The notes below the pieces were generated by a model. It saw nothing but the letters and a program-made list of their open reading frames with translations. It was not told the origin of the DNA and searched no databases. Positions 53,823 to 64,000 of a DNA stretch of 64,000 nucleotides are shown here, piece after piece. Each line of letters starts with the position of its first letter. Within the stretch, counting starts at the first letter, position 1. The translations under genes were made by a program, and so were the position numbers. The stretch is taken from NCBI GenBank assembly GCA_964016885.1, contig OZ024740.1, positions 134,664,001 to 134,728,000 on the forward strand. Direction: 5' to 3'. The DNA is from Eledone cirrhosa (taxonomy: Eukaryota).

Positions 53823-55221
53823 CATCTGCAGCTCTAACCATTCTGCCAATCCACCACTCTGGACGAGTGGTTTATTTTATCAATCCCGAAAGGATGAAAG
53901 ACAAAGTTGATCTCTTTTACAAAACATTTTGTCCAACGCTTTTTTAATTACTCAGACAATTCGCCACCTTACTCTATCGCTTAAAAATTAGTAGAACGTG
54001 GAAGATCGGGAAGTAACTCACCAATGGAAATATAATCCTTATCAACTTCGTAAGCATGAAATGCGAAGCTAACTTCGGCAGGATTATATTCCACAAAGCA
54101 CGTTATCTGACGCTTTACCGATACCACCAATCTTTTCAGCAAGAAATAATTTTAAAAAAACAAACAATTTTAAACAAAAGAGACAGGAAAGAGAGGGGAA
54201 ATACACAGATGAGTAGAAGAGGTAGTGATAAAAACATTGAGATATGTGGTGTAGACATACACAGCAGCAAATATTGAGAAATATGTAACAGATTTATATA
54301 ATTTTTATTTATATAAATATTTGGGAGTTTAACTTGTATAGAAAAAATATAGCTTTTTCACTTAATAAGATATTAAGCCAGAGAATATTACGTTAAAAAA
54401 ACAATTATGGCAAATTTATTCTTTGATAGTTTTCCTATTTTGAATTTAAAATACTGCTATAAACTGGAGTATCGACCTGGCAGAGTTGACTAAAAGCTTG
54501 ACAATGTTTTTTCTGGGTTAAAATTTTGCCAAAAAGAAAATTATAGTTTAGTAATTGGATGGTGTTCTGGCTCCACTCACACCACAAAGAGCATTTCCCC
54601 GATTATAGATCAATAATTGGGTGGGGAACATGCAATGAATATTAATGAAGAAGAAAAAAAACAGTGAACCACTAATTTAATTCAGATTATACTGAATTTA
54701 ATTCTTAAAATAAAGATATTCAAATTCATTATATGTTCACATCTGATCTGGTCTCTTCCCACTCTCATTGCTGAGGATCGAGTACCATGGACTATTGCTC
54801 CAATGCTTATCTAAATGATGCTGAATCCATATGATGCTGTATGTTCATGATTCTCATAAACATACAGCATCTACCACGGTTTTGAAATCAAAGTGATCCT
54901 TCTAAACAGACTACTAGCCAAGGCAAATAAACTGTGCCTATCAATTTTTTTTACACACTATTGGATGGCCGCTGACTCTTGAGTTTCGCCGCTCTTTGAC
55001 GGGTTTTGTTTTTCATCCCGCAGCATGTCCAAAAATCACCTTCCTCCCCAAGCAAGCTTGGTGGGGTTGCCAGTTTAGTGCGACAGTTCACATAATAAAG
55101 ATAAAGTTGATTTTAGCAGAAGTGAAACTCACAACTTCAATGTGTGTAGCTAGATAATATTTGTAATATTTATACTATTATTTGAAGTTCAACACTTAGT
55201 AGAGAGGAGAACGAACACTAA

Positions 55222-55257
<36 letters not shown>

Positions 55258-56599
55258 CTTTGAATTTATTAAACTGACCACATCAGTATATCCACAGGAA
55301 AAAGTCATCACCCAAGTACCCTTTCTAATATATCTTTATGGAGTATCCTTTCCAATTTTCCAAAATATATTTATGAAAGTTTGGATTGCTTGTAAATTTG
55401 AACTTCCTAATACTCCATGAGTAAATAAGTGTATGATGTTGCAACTTTGGTATGTGTGTATCTGTGATTATGTCTTGTAACTTAAGAGTTCAACAAAAAA
55501 GCGATTGATATAAGTACCAGACTTGAAAAAAAAAAGTACTAGGATTGATGTGACCAATTAAATCTCTTTCAGGCAGTGCTCCAGCATGACCATAATAAAA
55601 GAATACAGACACACACATACGTACACACACACTTAACAGTTAGTTATAGCCAAAACAATTTCACTTCATCGAACAACACAAAATTCACCTGCTGGAAAAG
55701 AAAACAAGAAAAAGTGTCCCCATCTGTAAAAATATTCTACATATATGTCACCACATGATTAAACACACCAAGTAAAAACATTATGGGTTGAGAAGAGTGC
55801 ATTGCTTGTTGTAACAAGTCTAGAGAAGTACATTGACCTCATGGACCTAGAAACCAGCTTCTCAGCTCATATTACAAACAGTTGCCTTGCAGTGTATTAC
55901 CACCACCACCACCCATCACCACAGCAGCAGCAACAACAACGATGATGATAATGATGATGATAATAACAACAGCATCATTTCTATTTTGTTGTTAATGTTT
56001 TATCCTGGGGTAAATAGCTTGACTCTGTTAAGCTAAGATTCTTAGCTTATCTCCTGAGAACATAAGAAGTAGTTTGTCTGGGAAAGTTAACATGTCAGAG
56101 ACAAGTATTCTTAAATGGGGGAAAATGCATTTGTGTCTCATCACATTAATAAGGAATGAAATGAGATGGAATAGAATGGATCGCCATCAGTTTCAATGAT
56201 GAGTGTTGCAGTTATTTGAGGAACAGAACAACTCACTTGTGAAATGTACATGCAAGTAGCTGAGCAGTCCAAAGAGACATGTATCCTTAAAATAATTCTC
56301 AGGAGGATTCAGCATGACACAGTGTATGACAAGGCTGGACATTTAAAGTACAGGTGCAGGGCTTCCAAGCAGTTTCTGTCTTCTCAATTTCACTCACAAG
56401 GCTTCAGTCTACCTGAGGATATGTCAAATGATATGTGACCAAGATGCCATGAAGTGGGATCGAACCTAAGATCCTATGATTATGAAGAGACCTTCTTAAC
56501 CATTTGGCCATACTCTGTCCACCAATTTAATATATGGTCCAATTAATGAAAATGGAATGAGATTTGAATAATTTGCTTTATTTATAAATTTACCATTGG

Positions 56600-56788
56600 C
56601 AGACTTGCCAACATCTAAAAACCCAAACAAGGAGTACCATGAAAAAAAGTGCCCCAAAACGAGGAGAAATTAGACAAAATGGGGAGATTTTACACAATGA
56701 AAGCTATACCCATTTTTATGAGAAGACATCTCTCACTCACCCCAAAGTGGGTAGGAGACCCGTTGGGCGGAGAGAGTTGACAGGTCTG
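56600..56788. mobile_element. MITE, sibling of 49720-49910
   Basis: Reverse-complement similarity and TIRs. Confidence 0.75.
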
Positions 56789-57177
56789 CATTTATTTTAT
56801 TTTCAACTATATAAATGCTTTTTCAAAATATTCTCAAGTTAGGCTCCAATTTCAATTATCTTTTGATTGCTTGTGATCTTAGAAAATGAAACAAGAAAAC
56901 TCATAATGAATTTACTTATTGAAACTTACTGTCAGGTTTAAAACAAATTTGTTTCCATTAGCAGTAATATGGCAATAAATTATAGTTGATGTTGTTTAGC
57001 CTTATCCAGTTGTGACCATCCAATCTTGTTCCAGACATTGTATCTAGAATAAGATTTTCCAATGAGTTGTTTGTTTTTTTAAAGTGTATGATTTGAGTGA
57101 GATTAGGCTATTATTTCTAGCAGATTGAGAGGCACTTCCATTGGTTCAAGAGCAATCAATACATTTCAAGAAATAAT

Positions 57178-57460
57178 GGTTTCTGATTTAGGCTCAAGGC
57201 CAACAATTTGGGGTGAGGGGGAAAGTCAATTAAATCGACCCTAGTGCATTACTGATGCTTTATTTTATCAACCCTTTAAGAATGACAGGCAAAGCTAACC
57301 TCGGTGGGATTTGAACTCAGAAAGTGAGTAATTATATACCACAAAGCATATTGTCTGACACTCTACAGATACTGCCTATCCACCACCCTCATTTCAAGAA
57401 ATAATTGTTTCTACTTTTGGCACAAGGCCAGCAATTATCCCAGTGTATTACTGGTACTTT
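57178..57460 (-). mobile_element. SINE family A copies
   Basis: Consensus match. Confidence 0.8.
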
Positions 57461-58921
57461 AATGAAAATAAAATATGAATATTTATAAAATATCTGAAAC
57501 TATTTAGGAGAAAAGTCTGTCCAGAATAAACTTCTGAGCTGGAGAGATTATTCCAGGAATAAGATGGCAACTTAAAGCTTTGATGTAACTCACACACTGA
57601 GAAGTATGACAAAAATATATATCAAGCTAATATTTGATTGAGGTTGAAAGTCTTTGCTGATTATCCAACCTACTATTAAAATTGAAATAACCACCGCAAG
57701 TTAAAGGTGATCTTATATGGTTGCTTAACCTGTTACAATAACAGCCAAATTTCCCTCCTATCACATTCTATTGACCTAAAAAAGGCAGAACATATTGGAC
57801 AATATGTTTTTTAGGTATATTGTGTCTGAAAAATAAATAAGGTTATGTCTAGAACACCTTTTTCTCTACAGGTTAGTCAGGGAGAGAAGAGCAACCTCCA
57901 AATAATGAAAGGCAAAATTGACCTTGGCGGGATTTGAACTCAGAATGCAAAGATCCTGAACGAAGAGGGCAAGGCATTTTGTCCTACACTATAGTGAGTC
58001 TGCCAATTCACTACTTTTGATCATAAGTCTACTCAATCAAGGTAGATCAATCACTAAACAGCTTCCAGAATAACAATAAATGAAGAAGCATCAAAAGTCC
58101 CACATACCAATTCAGTGTACTTTTCTTGTTTGTTGTAAAAATCATTGAAATAGTGAATTATATGCAACAGGTACACATTACAATTCCACAACTAAGATTT
58201 ATGGGAAACTTCAAACATTTGATTTGTTATTTTAGCCTTGAAACCGGCCATATCCAGCCAGAATTCTCTCACTTTTTTCTGTTCAACCTGGTTGTAACTG
58301 GCTGCTCATATAGATATTACGGTGATGTTTTCAAAATAAATAACATCATCAAAATCTTGTAGCTTTGATATGTGAGATAATTATATGACATAAAGCCTTT
58401 ATTGCAAAAATACAATAGTATATATATAGATTAATGTAAATGCTAAAGGGTTAAGGAGTAGTTTGAAATGGAGTCTATATTTCACATCTAGCCTGGGTCT
58501 ATTACTTTGCTCAGGTCGGGTCAGAAACATATCTAAAAAGAAATAACCAGAATTATTCAACAACATAACATAAAATTGTACACGATCGCATATTTCTGTA
58601 AATCTTTAAAACTTTAACTATATTGGAACTATGAACTCAATTTTTAAGATTTACCTTTGGAGAGATGCTATAGTATGAGCTAATGAACTAAGAAAGACAC
58701 ATTTTTTTGCTAGTTCTTATATAATTGATCTTGCAATTTTAATTTGAAATATTTCTCTCCTGCTTAGATTAAATAAATCCAGTATTATAGTCAGGTCCAT
58801 GCTAAACTGGTATTTTGCTGGTATAGGCCCCTACCAAAACTGGCAATAGACCGAAATCAGATGTTATATGTATCCCTTACCACTTCAAATTACTCATTAA
58901 GTATATTAATAATCAATGCTA

Positions 58922-59255
58922 ATGGCTTAGTGGTTAGAGCATTGGCCTTGCAATCGAAAGGTTGTGAGTTCAATTCTCAGACTGGGTGATGTGTTGTTTC
59001 CTTGAGCAAGACCCTTTATTTCACATTGCTCCAGTTTACTCAGCTGTAAAAATGAGATGATAGGGACAGGGGTCCCTATCATTCCACTGCAAAGTGGTCA
59101 TGGATGTGCCACAGCAAAAAAGCACCCAGCATTCACTGTAAATGAGGTTGGGGTTAGGAAGGGCATCCAGCTGTAGAAATCAAGCCAGAATCAGCTCCCG
59201 TCCCACGCTTGCAAGCAGCGAAAAGCGGACGTAAAATGAAATGGTGATGATGATG
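58922..59255 (+). mobile_element. tRNA-derived SINE with RTE-like tail
   Basis: Sibling of 38124-38467. Confidence 0.88.
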
Positions 59256-59367
59256 AAATACATGAATTACGTATAAGTTATAGGTTTATACATGAACATT
59301 TTTACATTAGAAATGTTGTAGCATATGACTGTGTATGGCACAAAGATTTCCTAGTAAAATAGCCTAT

Positions 59368-62300
59368 TATGTGTCTACCTACCATTGACACGATCTGCAC
59401 TACACTGTCTGCTACATGTCTACCTATCATTGATAATAAATACACTACACTGTCTGTTATATGTCTACCTACCATTGACACTATATACACTACATAGTGT
59501 CTGTTACATGTCTACCTACCATTGAGACTATATACACTACATAGTGCCTGTTACATGTCTACCTACCATTGACACTATATACACTACACTGTCTGTTACA
59601 TGTCTACCTACCTTTGCTACTATATACACTGTCTGTTACATGTCTACCTACCATTGACACTATATACACTACGCTGTCTGTTACATGTCTACCTACCTTT
59701 GACACTATATTCACTACACAGCGTCTGTTACATGTCTACCTACCATTGACACTATATACACTACACACAGTGTCTATTACATGTCTAGCTACCATTGACA
59801 CTATATACACTACATATAGTGTCTGCTACATGTCTACCTACCATTGGCACAATATAAACTACACAGTGTCTGTTACATGTCTACCTACCATTGACACTAT
59901 ATACACTACATATACTGTCTGTTACATGTCTACCTACCATTGACACTATATACACAACACTGTCTGTTGGATGTCTACCTACCATTGACATTATATACAC
60001 TACATAGTGCCTGTTAAATGTCTACTTATCATTGACACTATATACACTGCACTGTTTGTTACATGTCTACCTACCATTGGCACTATATATACTACACAGT
60101 GTCTGTTACATGGCTACCTACCATTGACACTATATACACTACACAGTGTCTGTTACATGTCTACCTACCATTGACACTATATACACAAGGCTGTCTGTTA
60201 CATGTCTACCTACCATTGACACTATATACACTAGACAGTGTCTGTTACTTGTCTACCTAACATTGCTACTATATACACTATACTCTCTGTTACATGTCTA
60301 CCTACCATTGATACTATATACACTACACATAGTGTCTGTTACATGTCTACACTACACTGCCTGTTACATGTCTACCTACCATTGACAAAATATACACTAC
60401 ACTGCCTGTTACATGTCTACCTACCATTGACACAATATACACTACACTGTCTGTTACATGTCTACCTACCATTGACACTATATACACTACACAGTGTCTG
60501 TTACATGCCTACCTACCATTGACACTATATACACTACACAGTGTCTGTTACATGTCTACCTACCATTGCTACTATGTACACATTCTGTTACACGTCTAGC
60601 TACCATTGACACTATATACACTACACAGTGTCTGTTACATGTCTACCTACCATTGACACTATATTCACTACACAGTGTGTGTTACATGTCTACCTACCAT
60701 TGATACTATATTCACTACACAGTGTGTGTTACATGTCACATGTCTACCTACCATTGACACTATATACACTACACTGTCTGTTACATGTCTACCTACCTTT
60801 GACACTATATTCACTACACAGTGTCTATTACATGTCTACCTACCATTGACACTATATACACTACACTGTCTGTTAGATGCCTACCTACCATTGACACTAT
60901 ATACACAATGCTGTCTGTTACATGTCTACCTACCATTGACACTATATACACTGCACTGTCTCTTACATGTCTACCTACCATTGACACAATATACACTAGA
61001 CAGTGTCTGTTACATGTCTACCTACCATTGACACTATATACACAACACTGTGTCTGTTACATGTCTACCTACCATTGACACTATATACACTACACAGTGT
61101 CTGTTACATGTCTACCTACCATTGACACTATATACACTACCCAGTGTCTGTTACATGTCTACCTAACCTACCATTGACACTATATACACTACACTGTCTG
61201 TTACACGTCTACCTACCATTGACACTATATACGCTACACTGTCTGTTACATGTCTACCTACCATTGACACTATATACACTACCCACTGTCTGTTACATGT
61301 CTACCTACCATTGCTACTATATACACTGTCTGTTACATGTCTACCTACCATTGCTACTTATATACACTTTCTGTTATGATGTCTACCTACCATTGTCACT
61401 ATATACACTACACTGTCTCTTACATATCTACCCACCAATGACACTATATACACTACACTGTATGTTACATGTCTACCTACCATTGACACGATATACACTA
61501 CACTGTCTGTTACATGTCTACCTACCATTGACACTATATACACTACATAGTGTCTGTTACATGTCTACCTACCTTTGACACTATATTCACTACACAGTGT
61601 CTGTTACATGTCTACCTAACATTGCTACTATATACACTATACTCTCTGTTACACGTCTACCTACCATTGACACTATATACACTACACATAGTGTCTGTTA
61701 CATGTCTACCTACCATTGACACTATATACACTACACTGTCTGATACATGTCTACACTGTCTGTTACATGTCTACCTACCATTGCTACAATATACACTGTC
61801 TGTTACATGTCTACCTACCATTGCTACTTATATACACTTTCTGTTACATGTCTACCTACCATTGTCACTATATACACTACACTGTCTCTTACATATCTAC
61901 CCACCAATGACACTATATACACTACACTGTATGTTACATGTCTACCTACCATTGACACGATATACACTACACTGTCTGTTACATGTCTACCTACCATTGA
62001 CACTATATACACTACATAGTGTCTGTTACATGTCTACCTACATTTGACACTATATTCACTACACAGTGTCTGTTACATGTCTATCTAACATTGCTACTAT
62101 ATACACTATACTCTCTGTTACATGTCTACCTACCATTGACAGTATATACACTGCACACAGTGTCTATTACATGTGTAATAGTGTCTGCTACATGTCTACC
62201 TACCATTGACACTATATACGCTACACTGTCTGATACATGTCTACATACCATTGACACTATATACACTACGCTGTCTGTTACATGTCTACCTACCATTGAC

Positions 62301-64000
62301 ACTATATACACTACACAGTGCTTTTTACATGTCTGTCTACCTTTAACACTATATACAGTACACAGTGTCTGTTACATGTCTACACTACACTGTCTGTTAC
62401 ATGCCTACCTGCCATTGACACTATATACACTACACTGACTGTTACATGTCTACCTACCATTGACACTATATTCACTACACAGAGTGTGTTACATGTCTAC
62501 CTACCATTGACACTATATACACTACACTGTCTGTTACACGTCTACCTACCATTGACACTATATACGCTACACTGTCTGTTACATGTCTACCTACCATTGA
62601 CACTATATACACTACCCACTGTCTGTTACATGTCTACCTACCATTGCTACTATATACACTGTCTGTTACATGTCTACCTACCATTGCTACTTATATACAC
62701 TTTCTGTTATGATGTCTACCTACCATTGTCACTATATACACTACACTGTCTCTTACATATCTACCCACCAATGACACTATATACACTACACTGTATGTTA
62801 CATGTCTACCTACCATTGACACGATATACACTACACTGTCTGTTACATGTCTACCTACCATTGACACTATATACACTACATAGTGTCTGTTACATGTCTA
62901 CCTACCTTTGACACTATATTCACTACACAGTGTCTGTTACATGTCTACCTAACATTGCTACTATATACACTATACTCTCTGTTACACGTCTACCTACCAT
63001 TGACACTATATACACTACACATAGTGTCTGTTACATGTCTACCTACCATTGACACTATATACACTACACTGTCTGATACATGTCTACACTGTCTGTTACA
63101 TGTCTACCTAACATTGCTACTATATACACTGTCTGTTACATGTCTACCTACCATTGCTACTTATATACACTTTCTGTTACATGTCTACCTACCATTGTCA
63201 CTATATACACTACACTGTCTCTTACATATCTACCCACCAATGACACTATATACACTACACTGTATGTTACATGTCTACCTACCATTGACACGATATACAC
63301 TACACTGTCTGTTACATGTCTACCTACCATTGACACTATATACACTACATAGTGTCTGTTACATGTCTACCTACATTTGACACTATATTCACTACACAGT
63401 GTCTGTTACATGTCTATCTAACATTGCTACTATATACACTATACTCTCTGTTACATGTCTACCTACCATTGACAGTATATACACTGCACACAGTGTCTAT
63501 TACATGTGTAATAGTGTCTGCTACATGTCTACCTACCATTGACACTATATACGCTACACTGTCTGATACATGTCTACATACCATTGACACTATATACACT
63601 ACGCTGTCTGTTACATGTCTACCTACCATTGACACTATATACACTACACAGTGCTTTTTACATGTCTGTCTACCTTTAACACTATATACAGTACACAGTG
63701 TCTGTTACATGTCTACACTACACTGTCTGTTACATGCCTACCTGCCATTGACACTATATACACTACACTGTCTGTTACATGTCTACCTACCATTGACACT
63801 ATATTCACTACACAGTGTGTGTTACATGTCTACCTACCATTGACACTATATACACTACACAGTGTCTGTTACATGTCTACCTACCATTGACACTATATTC
63901 ACTACACAGTCTGTGTTACATGTCTACCTACCTTTGACACTATATTCACTACACAGTGTCTGTTACATGTCTACCTACCATTGACACTATATACACTACA
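59368..64000. repeat. Satellite, ~45-47-bp monomer TGTCTGTTACATGTCTACCTACCATTGACACTATATACACTACAC(AG), running off the window end
   Basis: About 100 tandem monomers; higher-order repeat of 1333 bp. Confidence 0.97.

Noticed and set aside
59368-64000. Long ORFs and CRISPR-like regularity in the satellite
   Set aside because: Tandem monomers without unique spacers; no cas genes; eukaryotic context

Overview
AT-rich, microsatellite-dense eukaryotic DNA. It is most likely a coleoid cephalopod/octopus genome, inferred from the tRNA-derived SINE families, (TA)n/(CA)n density and RTE/Penelope content; this was not verified. Almost all ORFs in the track are microsatellite or repeat artefacts. The one credible host exon (5657-5840, minus) encodes a signal peptide plus an LBP/BPI-like N-terminus. 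The rest is a transposon graveyard: Penelope-like elements (PLEs), RTE, CRE-like and HERO-like non-LTR fragments, a rearranged Gypsy, mariner/Tigger/hAT MITEs, a Helitron and many SINEs. The window ends in a ~45-47 bp satellite with a 1333-bp higher-order repeat. The signal not shown by the ORF track is a dense, diverse set of type I hammerhead ribozyme (HHR) motifs: about 15 complete or degenerate copies from several unrelated families, mostly in protein-free inverted or tandem repeat cassettes. They include a family with a fixed CAGAAGA core variant and several with very long stem II extensions. All structures were read by eye and coordinates may be off by a few bases.
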